From: an uncultured bacterium
GTDB lineage: Bacteria; Krumholzibacteriota; Krumholzibacteriia; LZORAL124-64-63
Reading direction: 5' to 3'
Length of the DNA stretch: 64,000 nucleotides
Assembly: GCA_937864225.1 (NCBI GenBank)
Contig: CALMJK010000016.1
Location: 127,636-191,635 of the forward strand
Below the pieces are notes generated by a model. That model made no database searches, had not been told where the DNA came from, and saw only the letters and a list, made by a program, of their open reading frames with translations. Made by a program: the position numbers and the translations under genes. Shown piece by piece: positions 35,342 through 45,298 of this stretch (its first letter is position 1; each line of letters begins with the position of its first letter).

Positions 35342-37108
35342 TCAGCCGGCCCGGTCGAGCAGGGGCCGGCGCGCGTACAGGCGCTGGCCGGGCCGGATCA
35401 GATTACCCCGCAGGTCGTTCTCGCGCCGCAGGTGGGCGAGGCTCACGCCCAGCTTGCGGGCGATGCCGCTGAGCGTGTCGCCCCGGCGCACGCGGTACGA
35501 GACGCGCTCTGACGCGGCATCGGCCGACGCCAGGGACGTGGGCGAGGTCTCGGCGCTCAACCGCGCGTCCGCCGCCGCGCGTCCGCCGCCGGTGACCGGC
35601 ACCACCAGTTGCTGGCCCGGATGGATCAGGCTGGAGCGGCCAAGGCGGTTGACGTCGCGCAGCTGTTGAACGCTGGAGCCATACCGGCTGGCGATGAGGC
35701 TGAGCGTGTCTCCGCGACGGACCGTGTGCCTGAGCCAAGTCAGGCGCTCATTCGGGGGCAACGCGGCGAGTTTCGCGGCTGTCTCCTCGCCGCTGCCCGC
35801 GGGCACGCGCACGGCGTAGTCCGTGGCGCCGGGCGGGCTCACGCCGCGCAACAGGGCCGGGTTGAGCGCGCGCAGCTGCTCTTCGTCCACGCCCGCGCAA
35901 CGCGCCAGCACCTTCAGGTCGGTCGGCGTGTCGAGGCGCACGGTGTCGTACTGCAGCGGTCGGGGCTCGAGCGCGGCGAAGCCGTAGCGCGCGGGATCCA
36001 TCCCGATGCGGTAGGCGGCGATGAACTTGGGGATGTGGTGGCGAGTCTGTTCCGGCAGGGGCAGGCGCCAGAAATCGCGGTGACCGGCGCGCTGGATGAT
36101 GCGGTCGACGCGGCCTTCGCCGGCGTTGTAGGCCGCCAGCACGAGGGGCCAGTTCTGGAAGTAGGCATAGAGCTGACTCAAGTAGGTCGCGGCCGCGCGC
36201 GTCGAGAGCTCCAGATCGCGGCGCTCGTCGACCCACCAGTCTCGGCGCAGCGAGAAATGGCGCGCGGTGCCCGGCATGAACTGCCAGTAGCCGACCGCGC
36301 CCACGTTGGAGCGGGCGGTGGGGCTGAGCCCGCTCTCGATCACGCTCAGGTAGAACAGTTCAGGAGGCAGGCCGGCCTCGGTCAGGATGCCGGTCACGAT
36401 CGGCTCGATCTGCGCGCGGCGCTCGAGCCAGCGCGCGAAGTTCGCGCGGCCCGCGCCGCAGAAATGATCGATCCATTCGCGCACCAACTGGTTGTCCACG
36501 GCCAGCAGTTGTTCCTCGAGCGCGCGACGCGCCCCCTGCGGCAGCGTCACCAGCGTGTCGGGCAGGACCAGACCGCGCAGGTCGGCATAGACGCTCTCCA
36601 GGAGGGAATCGGCGGGGGCCCAATCGCCCCGCAGGGCTCGGGCCTCGGCGCAGAGCCCGGCCAACAGGATGAGGCGGCGGTCCAGGCTCTTGCGATAGGC
36701 GAGCGTGAGGCTGTCGGCCTCCTCGGGCGCCGGCAGCGCCAAAGTGCGCTTCAGTTCATACAAGAGGTCGTCCGCCGGATCGAGCAGATCCCGGGCGACG
36801 AGCCCGACGGCCTGGCGGTAGAGCTCCTCCATGTCGCTCACCTGCTCGTGCTCAGCCAGCCAGGCCTGACGCTCGGCGGGCAAGCTGGCCGCGCCGAGCG
36901 TGTCCCACATGGCCACCGGGTGCGCCGTGGCGTCCGTCGCGGTTTCGGCCGCGCCGTTGGTGCCGGCGCTGAGCTCGGCGTCGCGGGCCGGGCGCGTGGT
37001 GGCACAACCGGCCAGGCCGGCCAGAGCCAGCCAGCAGGCAGCCAAGGGAATCAGGCGACCGACCGCGGCGCGGGCCGGGTCGGCGGGTGGGCGGGGAGGG
37101 GTGGCCAT
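35342..37108 (-). CDS. MltD-like lytic transglycosylase lipoprotein with two LysM domains
   Basis: LAGC lipobox, IESGL, GYWQFMP, AAYNAGEG, and two VRRGDTLS LysM repeats. Confidence 0.92.
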   Translation of the reverse strand: MATPPRPPADPARAAVGRLIPLAACWLALAGLAGCATTRPARDAELSAGTNGAAETATDATAHPVAMWDTLGAASLPAERQAWLAEHEQVSDMEELYRQAVGLVARDLLDPADDLLYELKRTLALPAPEEADSLTLAYRKSLDRRLILLAGLCAEARALRGDWAPADSLLESVYADLRGLVLPDTLVTLPQGARRALEEQLLAVDNQLVREWIDHFCGAGRANFARWLERRAQIEPIVTGILTEAGLPPELFYLSVIESGLSPTARSNVGAVGYWQFMPGTARHFSLRRDWWVDERRDLELSTRAAATYLSQLYAYFQNWPLVLAAYNAGEGRVDRIIQRAGHRDFWRLPLPEQTRHHIPKFIAAYRIGMDPARYGFAALEPRPLQYDTVRLDTPTDLKVLARCAGVDEEQLRALNPALLRGVSPPGATDYAVRVPAGSGEETAAKLAALPPNERLTWLRHTVRRGDTLSLIASRYGSSVQQLRDVNRLGRSSLIHPGQQLVVPVTGGGRAAADARLSAETSPTSLASADAASERVSYRVRRGDTLSGIARKLGVSLAHLRRENDLRGNLIRPGQRLYARRPLLDRAG

Positions 37109-37243
37109 CCGTTGCGCTCCTCCGAGTGGCTTGGGCTGGATTTTTCGCCGACGCGAAACGCAATGCAAGAACGCTGCCGCTTGTACTCGGTTCCGTCCGG
37201 CGCGGGACGCGCTCATTGTCACGCGTCTCACCATATGTCATAA

Positions 37244-38722
37244 TTGATCATTGGAGCATTGCGAACCTCGCCGCCACGGTCAAGCGGTTTCGCACCGCCC
37301 GACCCGGGGGAGCAGATCTTGCCGCCAAGGACCTACGCCCAGCGCCTACTCGGCGGCATCTTGCCGCTGGAAAAGATCGGTCCCTCGCTCAGGCGAGCGG
37401 CGCGGCGCGCCTTGGCCGGTGGCGACCCTCAACGCGCCCGGCAGGTCGCCGTGGCGGTCGTGCGCGAGTTGGCGCGACGCGGCGACCTGGTGCGGGTCGC
37501 GGTGGAAAGCGGTCGTCCCGGGCGGCAACTCTTCCTGCTGCGGGGAGAGACCGGGCTGATCGACCTGGAGCCCTTGCTCGGGACCGACGGCGCCGCGGCG
37601 GACCTTCTGCCCGCGCCGGGCGTGCTCAATCCGGCGAACGCGGACGCCGAGTTCGGAGCGCCCTCCCTCGCGCGCATGCTGCAGGCCCTGAGCAATGACC
37701 GGAGCCTTCCCCTGGGCCAGCCCTTGTCGACCCACCCTCAGGTCGTGCTCGAGGGCATTCTGGAGCTGCTGGAGCGGGCCGTGCCGCAATTGCGGCTGGC
37801 GGTCGTGCTGGCCGAGGCGGCGGATCTGCAGGTGCCCCCGCGGCGCGTCCTCGGCAGCGACGCGCTGTCGCCGCTGCCACTCTGGAGCCGGCATCGCCAA
37901 CCCGGCAACGCGCTGTGGTTCGCGGCCGGGACGGAACTGCCGCCGCCCCTGGCCCGGGTCCTAGCCGCGCCTGGCGGTGCGACGCTCGTGGCGGGCGTGG
38001 TCGGCGTGCCGCTGGCGGCGCCTCCGGAATTGGCGGCGCAGGAGGGCGAAACCGGACCCGAGGCGGGCCTGCTGTTCGTGACGGCCGGTCCGCTGGTCGG
38101 CCGGGCGGCGCTGCTGGCGGACGGCCGACAGTTGGCGCGTTTCGTCACCGCGCGCTGGCGGCAACACTTGGGGCTGGCGCGCCTGGTTCACGCCGATGGG
38201 TTGACGGGCGTGCACAACCGCGCCTATTTCGACGGCCATTTCGGCCTCGAGGTCGAGCGGGCTCGCCGGCACGAATCGCCGCTATCCCTGGTCCTGGCCG
38301 ACATCGACCATTTCAAGCAGGTGAACGACACGTGGGGACACCCGGTCGGGGACCAGGTGCTGCGCAGCGTGGCGCGTGAGATGCAGGGAGTGCTGCGCCG
38401 CATCGACCTGATTTGCCGGGTGGGGGGTGAGGAGTTCGCGCTCATCCTTCCCGCCACGCCGGCGGGCGCGGCGCAGGAGGTCTGCCAGCGCCTGCTGGAG
38501 CGTTTCGAGTCTCTGCGCGTGAACGTGGCCGAAGTGACGGATCCGCTCCGCGTCACCCTCTCCTTCGGCGGGGTGACGTTCCCCGAAGGCGGCACCGAAC
38601 CGGCCGAGCTCTACCGCAAGGCCGACGGCATGCTTTACCTGGCGAAGCACCAGGGGCGCGACCGGTGCATGTTCTGGCGACCGCTGGAGGAACCCCTGCT
38701 GATCCTGCCGCCCGCCTGCTGA
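37244..38722 (+). CDS. Diguanylate cyclase with unrecognised N-terminal region
   Basis: Motifs DGLTG, DIDHFKQVND, I-site RRID and GGEEF. Start uncertain. Confidence 0.9.
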   Translation: MIIGALRTSPPRSSGFAPPDPGEQILPPRTYAQRLLGGILPLEKIGPSLRRAARRALAGGDPQRARQVAVAVVRELARRGDLVRVAVESGRPGRQLFLLRGETGLIDLEPLLGTDGAAADLLPAPGVLNPANADAEFGAPSLARMLQALSNDRSLPLGQPLSTHPQVVLEGILELLERAVPQLRLAVVLAEAADLQVPPRRVLGSDALSPLPLWSRHRQPGNALWFAAGTELPPPLARVLAAPGGATLVAGVVGVPLAAPPELAAQEGETGPEAGLLFVTAGPLVGRAALLADGRQLARFVTARWRQHLGLARLVHADGLTGVHNRAYFDGHFGLEVERARRHESPLSLVLADIDHFKQVNDTWGHPVGDQVLRSVAREMQGVLRRIDLICRVGGEEFALILPATPAGAAQEVCQRLLERFESLRVNVAEVTDPLRVTLSFGGVTFPEGGTEPAELYRKADGMLYLAKHQGRDRCMFWRPLEEPLLILPPAC

Positions 38723-41238
38723 GTGCCAGGCGGGCGTGCGCTCGTTTGGCGCTCGACGCCCGCCGCCGCTGGCCGCTGCTCTGGGCCCTCATCCACTTGC
38801 TTGCCTGCGCGGCCGGAGAATGGGACGCGGGCCGGCGGCCGGCGCCGCGCCGGCCCGCGCGCCCGCCGCCGGACTGGTGGGTGCGCGTGGGCTCGCTCGC
38901 GCCCGCGCTGCTGACCCTGCGGGCGCCCGGTCCGGCCGACCTGGCCGTTTGGTCGCTGGCCGGCGGCTTGGCCTACGGGTGGGCGCGGCAGGAGGCGTCG
39001 GCGCGGCGCAGCCGGCCGGACGCGATCTGTCCCGCCCCGTGGCAGCCCAGTCGGCGCCGAGTCTGGCGCGCCGGCGCGCTCGTGCGCGTGACCGGCTGGC
39101 CCGATCTCTCCGGCAACGGCTGGAGCGCTCCCGCGGTGCTGGTCGGCCTCGGCGGGCGGCTGACGGGGGACACGCGGCCGCCGCCGCGGGCCGGCGACGC
39201 CATCCTGCTGCGCGGCCAGGGCCCGGCGCCGGCCTTCGGCGCGCTGCTGGCGGGCGAGGTGGAGGGGGGCGCGGCGCCCGGGGCGACCACTCCGGGCGGC
39301 TTCGCCATGGCCCGTTTCTTGGCTGGACGCGGCGTGCTCTGGCAGGGCCGATGGCACGGCCCGGCGGCCGGTGACGCGCGCGAACGCGAGGCGCCCGTCT
39401 TGCCGGCACGCTGGCCGGGCGCGCTGGGGCGGGCGCTGCCGGCGCTGCGTGCGCGCTTGCTGGCGACCCTGGCCGCGCAGCTGCCCCCGCGCGAGGCCGC
39501 GCTGTTGGGATCGGTGCTCTTGGGCGAGCGCGACGCTTCGGCGCGGGCCAATCAGGCGCCGTTCACGCGCATCGGGCTGGCGCACCTGTTCGCGGTCAGC
39601 GGCTTGAACGTGGGCATCATCCTCGGCGTCCTCTTCACGCTGACGCGTGCGCTGCGACCCGGCTCCACGGCCCGCCTGCTGATGGCGCTGCTCGTTTTGG
39701 CGCCGTACGCGGTGCTGACCGGAATGACGGGCGCGGTGCTGCGGGCCTGCGGGCTGGGGCTGTGCGTGCTGGGCGTTCGGCTGGCGGGCCGCCGCCAGGA
39801 TCCGCTGCACGTGCTGGGCGTGCTGTTCTGGCTCAATGTGCACGCGCAGCCGTGGTGCGTGCTCGACGTCGGCTGCCGGCTGTCATACCTGGCCGCGGCG
39901 GGTCTGACGGTCGCGGTGCGCGGCGGGCGTCCGTTCTGGCGCCGGGCGCCGGCGCGCTGGCGCTGGCTGCCGCTGGGGTTGGCGGTGACCTTGGGCGCGC
40001 AATGGTTCACGCTGGCCGACACGGCGGCGGCGTTCGGGTGGATCCATCCGCTTTCGCCCTTGGTCAATCTTTACGCGGTCCCACTCTTTTCCGCGATCGT
40101 CTGGCTGGCGAGCCTCGCGCTGCTGGCCGCGCTCTGGTGGCCATGGCTGGCGGACGCGCTCTTCGCGGCGTGCTGGCTGTTGGCACGGCTGTTCGAGACC
40201 AGCACGGCGGCGATCGACGCCGCAGCTGCCTGGGCGGTCGGCATTCCGCCGCTGGGGCCGTGGCGCTTGGCCGTTCTGCTCTTCGCTTCTGGCTTGGTGG
40301 GCGCCGGATTGCAGCGCGCCGCCCGGACGGGTTCGGGCGGGCGCGCGTGGCCCCTGCTGCTGGCCGGGGCGGCGTGCCTGGCGGGCGTTTTGCCGCTTGG
40401 GCGCGCGGCCCCGGCCGGACGCCTGACCATCGCGCAGTTCGCGGTGGGGCAGGGGGACTGCGCGGTGTTCGTCTTTCCGGACCGCGAGGTCGTCGTGCTC
40501 GACACCGGTCCGCCGCTGCGCGCCGGCTCCGCCTGGGAGCGCAGCGCCGGACCGTGGCTCGTGCGGGAGGGGCTGCGGCGAATCAAGGGCGTCGTCTTGA
40601 CGCACGCGCACGACGACCACACGGGGGGAGCGCGGGCGGTGGCGACCGGCTTGCGGGTGGACACGTGGTGGTTGGGCGGCAGCTGCCAGGCCGCGGCGCT
40701 CGGTCTGCCCCCGGGGGCGGTGGTGCGCTTGCCGTGCGCCGGCGACACGCTGCATGCCGCCGGCGACTGGGCGCTGGTCTGCGTGCACGCGGCGGACCGG
40801 ACGGCCCCGCCGGCCAGCGAGAACGATGCTTCCGTCGCGCTGGCGCTCACCCGGCGCGGGCGGGCGGTGGGCTTGTGGACGGGCGACCTCGAGCGGCCCG
40901 GCGAGCGCGCCCTCTTGGCCGACTGGGCCGGCGTGGCGCCGCTGCAGTTGTGGAAGGCCGGTCACCATGGCAGCGTCAGCTCGGGCGATCCGGCGCTGTT
41001 GCACGCCACGCGGCCCGCCCTCGTCGCCATCAGCTGCGGGCTCGGCAACCGCCACCGCCACCCCAGCCACGGGCCGTTCACGGCGGCGGACGACACGCTG
41101 GCGCTGTTGCGCACGGACCTCGACGGGACGCTGTGCTTCACGTGGCGCGCCGACGGCTCGCTGCAGTGGCGCACGGGCCGCGGCCGTCGCGGCGTCGTGA
41201 GGGCGGCGTGCCTTGACACCCCCGGACCGCCTCCCTAA
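38665..41238 (+). CDS. comEC: DNA internalisation competence protein ComEC/Rec2
   Basis: GLAHLFAVSGLNVG. MBL domain with VGQGD, THAHDDH and GHHGS. The true start may be the TTG at 38746. Confidence 0.9.
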   Translation: MHVLATAGGTPADPAARLLSARRACARLALDARRRWPLLWALIHLLACAAGEWDAGRRPAPRRPARPPPDWWVRVGSLAPALLTLRAPGPADLAVWSLAGGLAYGWARQEASARRSRPDAICPAPWQPSRRRVWRAGALVRVTGWPDLSGNGWSAPAVLVGLGGRLTGDTRPPPRAGDAILLRGQGPAPAFGALLAGEVEGGAAPGATTPGGFAMARFLAGRGVLWQGRWHGPAAGDAREREAPVLPARWPGALGRALPALRARLLATLAAQLPPREAALLGSVLLGERDASARANQAPFTRIGLAHLFAVSGLNVGIILGVLFTLTRALRPGSTARLLMALLVLAPYAVLTGMTGAVLRACGLGLCVLGVRLAGRRQDPLHVLGVLFWLNVHAQPWCVLDVGCRLSYLAAAGLTVAVRGGRPFWRRAPARWRWLPLGLAVTLGAQWFTLADTAAAFGWIHPLSPLVNLYAVPLFSAIVWLASLALLAALWWPWLADALFAACWLLARLFETSTAAIDAAAAWAVGIPPLGPWRLAVLLFASGLVGAGLQRAARTGSGGRAWPLLLAGAACLAGVLPLGRAAPAGRLTIAQFAVGQGDCAVFVFPDREVVVLDTGPPLRAGSAWERSAGPWLVREGLRRIKGVVLTHAHDDHTGGARAVATGLRVDTWWLGGSCQAAALGLPPGAVVRLPCAGDTLHAAGDWALVCVHAADRTAPPASENDASVALALTRRGRAVGLWTGDLERPGERALLADWAGVAPLQLWKAGHHGSVSSGDPALLHATRPALVAISCGLGNRHRHPSHGPFTAADDTLALLRTDLDGTLCFTWRADGSLQWRTGRGRRGVVRAACLDTPGPPP

Positions 41239-41241
41239 GAT
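41213..41241 (+). promoter_or_regulatory. Sigma70 promoter of purC-purH-guaA
   Basis: TTGACA-N17-TAAGAT. Confidence 0.7.
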
Positions 41242-41304
41242 GCCGCCGACCCACGGGCCGGGCCTGCCGATCGCCCTTCCGCTCGTCTTGCCGACAGGAG
41301 TCCC

Positions 41305-42210
41305 ATGCGAGCGCTACGCAGCACCACGGAGCTCGGACTGGCCCCGGATTTCCAGGGCAAGGTCCGCGAGATCTTCGACCTGGGCCAGCAGCTGCTGATC
41401 GTCGCGACGGATCGCATTTCGGCCTATGACGTCGTGATGAACGAGGTCGTGCCGGGTCGCGGCGTGGTGCTGACCGTGATGACGCTGGCCTGGCTGGATT
41501 TCTTCCGCGACGTGCCCAATCACCTGCTCACGGCCGATCCCGAGGCGTTCCCGCCGCGCTTCCGCTGCCTGCGCGACGAGTTGGGCGGGCGCAGCATGCT
41601 GGTGCGCAAGGCGCAGCGGCTGCCGGTGGAGTGCGTGGCGCGGGGCTACCTGGCCGGATCGGCCTTCAAGTCGTACCAGCGGGAGGGGGCGATCTGCGGG
41701 ATCGCGTTGCCCCCGGGGCTTTCGCTGGCGCAGCAGCTGCCGGAGCCGATCTTCACGCCCGCGACGAAGGCGGACGTGGGGCACGACGAGAACATCGATT
41801 TCGCGCACGCGGCGCGGCTGCTGGGCGACGCGGACGCGGCGGCGGCGCGCGACTTCACGCTGCGTCTGTACGCGGCGGCGGCGCGGTACGCGGCGCCGCG
41901 CGGCGTGATCGTGGCGGACACGAAGTTCGAGTTCGGCCGCGTCGGCGGGCAGCTGGTGCTGATCGACGAAGTGCTCACCCCCGACTCGAGCCGCTTCTGG
42001 CCCGCGGGGGCGGCGCTGCCCGGCCGGGAACCGCCGAGTTGGGACAAGCAGATCCTGCGCAACCATCTGGACGCGTGCGGTTGGAATCGCCAGCCGCCGC
42101 CGCCTGCGCTGCCGGCAGAGGTACTGGCGCGTACGGCGGCGCGCTACCACGAGGTCCTGGCGCTGCTCTTTCCCGCGGAGGTGACGCGGTGGCGACCGTT
42201 CCTGAGCTGA
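41305..42210 (+). CDS. purC: SAICAR synthase
   Basis: Motifs GKVRE, TDRISAYD, ECVARGY, FTPATKA, DTKFEFG and DEVLTPDSSRFW. Confidence 0.97.
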   Translation: MRALRSTTELGLAPDFQGKVREIFDLGQQLLIVATDRISAYDVVMNEVVPGRGVVLTVMTLAWLDFFRDVPNHLLTADPEAFPPRFRCLRDELGGRSMLVRKAQRLPVECVARGYLAGSAFKSYQREGAICGIALPPGLSLAQQLPEPIFTPATKADVGHDENIDFAHAARLLGDADAAAARDFTLRLYAAAARYAAPRGVIVADTKFEFGRVGGQLVLIDEVLTPDSSRFWPAGAALPGREPPSWDKQILRNHLDACGWNRQPPPPALPAEVLARTAARYHEVLALLFPAEVTRWRPFLS

Positions 42211-43736
42211 ACCGGCGCCGCCGGGCGTTGCTGAGCGTGACGGACAAGACGGGCCTGGCCGACATCGCGACGGTCATGCAGTCGTACGACTACGAACTGG
42301 TCGCCAGCGGCGGCACGGCCGCCTTCTTGCGCGAGCACGGCTTCCCGGTGACGGCGGTGAGCGAGGTCACCGGTTACCCGGAGATCTTCGGCGGACGCGT
42401 CAAGACGCTGCACCCGGCCATCCACGGCGGCATCCTCGGCCCGGCGGAAGCGGACTTCGCCGCGGTGCGCGATCTGGGGATCGCGCCCTTCGACGTCGTG
42501 TGCGTGAACCTCTACCGGTTCGAGGAGGCGTTGCGCGGCGCAACGGCCGAGGGCGCGCTCGTCGAGGAGATCGACGTCGGCGGGCCAGCGCTGCTGCGCG
42601 CGGCCGCCAAGAACTTCGGCCGCGTCACGGTGCTCAGTTCGCCCGCCGATTACGAGGAGTTCCTGTGGGAACTGCGGCGGCACGACGGAGACGCCAGCGA
42701 GAGCTTCCGACGGCGCATGGCGGCCGCTGCCTTCGCGCGCACGGCCGGCTACGACCAGGCGATCGCCCAGTGGTTCGCGGGCGCGGAAAAGGAGGCGACA
42801 GGCGCCGTCGCGCTGCGCTACGGCGAGAATCCGCATCAGGGGGCGCGCCTGCTCGTGGGCGGGGCCCGCGATCTGACCGAGGCCTTGACCGCCTGCGGCC
42901 TGCGGCTGTGGGGCGGCAAGGAGCTATCGTACAACAACCTGGTCGATCTCGTGGCGGCGCTCAAGCTCGTCGCGGATTTCGACGAGTGCGCGTGCGCCGT
43001 GATCAAGCACACCAACCCGTGCGGCTTCGGGCTGGGCCCGTCGCCGGGCGCGGCGCTCGAGCGCGCGCTGGCCTGCGACCCCGACGCCGCGTTCGGGGGC
43101 GTTTTCGCCTTCACGTCGCCGATCGATCCGCCGGCCGCCGAGCTGCTCGCCGGCCGCTTCCTGGAAATCGTGGCGGCGCCCGCTTACGGCGCCGCGGCCC
43201 TGGCCACGCTGCGGAGCAAGAAGAACGTGCGCGTGCTCACGTGGGAACGGGACGCGTTCGCGACCGCCACCCGGGACACCAGCCGCGCCTTCGGGCGCCT
43301 GGTCCTGCAGCAGGACGAGGACGAGGGGTTTCCGGAGCTGGCCGAGCTGCGGACGGCGGCGGGCAGCGAACCCGACGCGCGGCAACGCGTCGCGCTGAAC
43401 CTGGCGTGGCGGGTGGCCAAGCACGTCAAGAGCAACGCGATCGTGCTGGCGGACGAAACGGGCCTGCTGGGGGTGGGGGCGGGACAGATGAGCCGCGTCG
43501 ACGCCGTGCGCCTGGCGCTGAGCAAGGCCGCCGCGCGCGGTTTCGACGTGCGGGGCGCCGTGGCGGGCTCTGACGGCTTCTTCCCCTTTCCGGACGGCAT
43601 CGAGCTGCTCGCTGACGCCGGCGTGGCGGCGGTCATCGCGCCGGGTGGATCGGTGCGCGACGCGACGGTGGCGGCGGCCGCGGCCGCGCGGGGCCTGACG
43701 CTCTGTCTGGCGTCGCGCCGGCACTTCCGTCACTGA
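42189..43736 (+). CDS. purH: Bifunctional AICAR transformylase / IMP cyclohydrolase
   Basis: Motifs ALLSVTDK, GRVKTLHP, LRYGENPHQ, LSYNN, KHTNPCG, VKSNAI and GAGQMSRVD. Confidence 0.97.
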   Translation: MATVPELNRRRRALLSVTDKTGLADIATVMQSYDYELVASGGTAAFLREHGFPVTAVSEVTGYPEIFGGRVKTLHPAIHGGILGPAEADFAAVRDLGIAPFDVVCVNLYRFEEALRGATAEGALVEEIDVGGPALLRAAAKNFGRVTVLSSPADYEEFLWELRRHDGDASESFRRRMAAAAFARTAGYDQAIAQWFAGAEKEATGAVALRYGENPHQGARLLVGGARDLTEALTACGLRLWGGKELSYNNLVDLVAALKLVADFDECACAVIKHTNPCGFGLGPSPGAALERALACDPDAAFGGVFAFTSPIDPPAAELLAGRFLEIVAAPAYGAAALATLRSKKNVRVLTWERDAFATATRDTSRAFGRLVLQQDEDEGFPELAELRTAAGSEPDARQRVALNLAWRVAKHVKSNAIVLADETGLLGVGAGQMSRVDAVRLALSKAAARGFDVRGAVAGSDGFFPFPDGIELLADAGVAAVIAPGGSVRDATVAAAAAARGLTLCLASRRHFRH

Positions 43737-43750
43737 GGCAGGAGACGCGC

Positions 43751-45298
43751 ATGGCGCTGGCCGGACACCCTCGCATCGTGGTGCTCGATTTCGGGTCGCA
43801 GGTCAGCATGCTGATCGCGCGCGGCCTGCGCGAGCTGGGCGTGTCCAGCGAGCTGTGGCCCTACCACCGGTGGCGCGACGCGGTCGACGATCCCCAGGTG
43901 CGCGGCATCATCCTTTCGGGCGGGCCGGCGTCGGTCACCGCGGCGGGCTCGCCGGACGTGGGCGACGCGCTTTTCACGGCCGGGCGGCCCGTGCTCGGCA
44001 TCTGCTATGGCATGCAGCTGATGTGCCGGCGCCTGGGCGGACGGGTCGAGGCGGGGGACCAGCGGGAGTACGGCGCCGCCACGATCACGGTCACCGGCGA
44101 GAGCCCGCTGCTGGCCGGCCTGCCCCGGAGCCAGCGGGTCTGGATGAGCCACGGCGATCGCGTGACGGCTCTGCCCGCGGGTTTCGTCGCGCTGGCGCAT
44201 TCGGAAACGATACCGTTCGCCGCGGCCGCGGATCCGGGCCGACGCTTCGTCTGCACGCAGTTCCATCCGGAGGTCGCGCACACCGAGCACGGCCTGCGCA
44301 TGCTGGAGGGCTTCGCGCGCGGCATCTGCGGGCTCACCGAGCAATGGTCCGCGGCGGAATTCGTGCAGGAAGCCGGCGAGGAGATCCAAGCGACGGTCGG
44401 CGCCGGGCACGTGCTGTGCGGCGTGTCCGGGGGGGTGGATTCCACGGTCGTGGCCACGCTCGTGGACCGGGCGGTCGGCGATCGTCTGCACTGCGTGTTC
44501 GTGGACAACGGCCTGCTCCGGCAAGGTGAGGCCGACGCCGTCGAGCAGGCGCTCAACGGGCAATTGCGGCGGCGGGTGCGGCGGGTCGACGCCGGCGCGC
44601 TGTTCCTCGAGCGCTTGCGCGGCGTCGAGGAACCGGAGAGCAAGCGCCGGATCATCGGCGCGACCTTCATCGAAGTGTTCGCGCGGGCGGCGCGGGAGGA
44701 GGGGGAGTTCGCCTTCCTTGCCCAGGGCACCCTGTACCCGGACCGCATCGAGTCGGTTTCGCTGTCGGGGCCTTCCAGCACGATCAAGACGCATCACAAC
44801 GTGGGCGGACTGCCCGCCGAGCTGGGCTTCGCGCTGGTCGAGCCGCTGCGCGATCTCTTCAAGGACGAGGTGCGCGCCGTGGGGCGGGCCCTGGGCATTG
44901 CGCAGCCGCTGCTCCAGCGCCACCCCTTCCCGGGACCGGGGCTCGCCGTGCGCATTTTGGGGGAGGTCACGGCGCGGAAGGTTCGCCTGCTGCAGGCGGC
45001 CGACCATATCTTCATGCAGGAACTGCGCACCAGCGGGCAGTATGATCGCATCTGGCAGGCCGGGGCCATCCTGCTGCCGGTGCGCTCGGTGGGCGTGATG
45101 GGCGACCAGCGCACCTACGAGGCCGTCGTGGCGCTGCGGGCGGTCACCAGCCGCGACGGCATGACGGCGGACTGGGCGCGCGTTCCTGACGACGTGCTCG
45201 GGCGCGTGAGCAATCGGATCATCAATGAGGTACCCGGCATCAATCGTGTGGTGTACGACATCAGCAGCAAGCCGCCCGCCACGATCGAGTGGGAGTAG
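43751..45298 (+). CDS. guaA: GMP synthase (glutamine-hydrolysing)
   Basis: Motifs LDFGSQ, GICYGMQ, QFHPEV, SGGVDS, IKTHHNVGG and KPPATIEWE. Confidence 0.98.
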   Translation: MALAGHPRIVVLDFGSQVSMLIARGLRELGVSSELWPYHRWRDAVDDPQVRGIILSGGPASVTAAGSPDVGDALFTAGRPVLGICYGMQLMCRRLGGRVEAGDQREYGAATITVTGESPLLAGLPRSQRVWMSHGDRVTALPAGFVALAHSETIPFAAAADPGRRFVCTQFHPEVAHTEHGLRMLEGFARGICGLTEQWSAAEFVQEAGEEIQATVGAGHVLCGVSGGVDSTVVATLVDRAVGDRLHCVFVDNGLLRQGEADAVEQALNGQLRRRVRRVDAGALFLERLRGVEEPESKRRIIGATFIEVFARAAREEGEFAFLAQGTLYPDRIESVSLSGPSSTIKTHHNVGGLPAELGFALVEPLRDLFKDEVRAVGRALGIAQPLLQRHPFPGPGLAVRILGEVTARKVRLLQAADHIFMQELRTSGQYDRIWQAGAILLPVRSVGVMGDQRTYEAVVALRAVTSRDGMTADWARVPDDVLGRVSNRIINEVPGINRVVYDISSKPPATIEWE

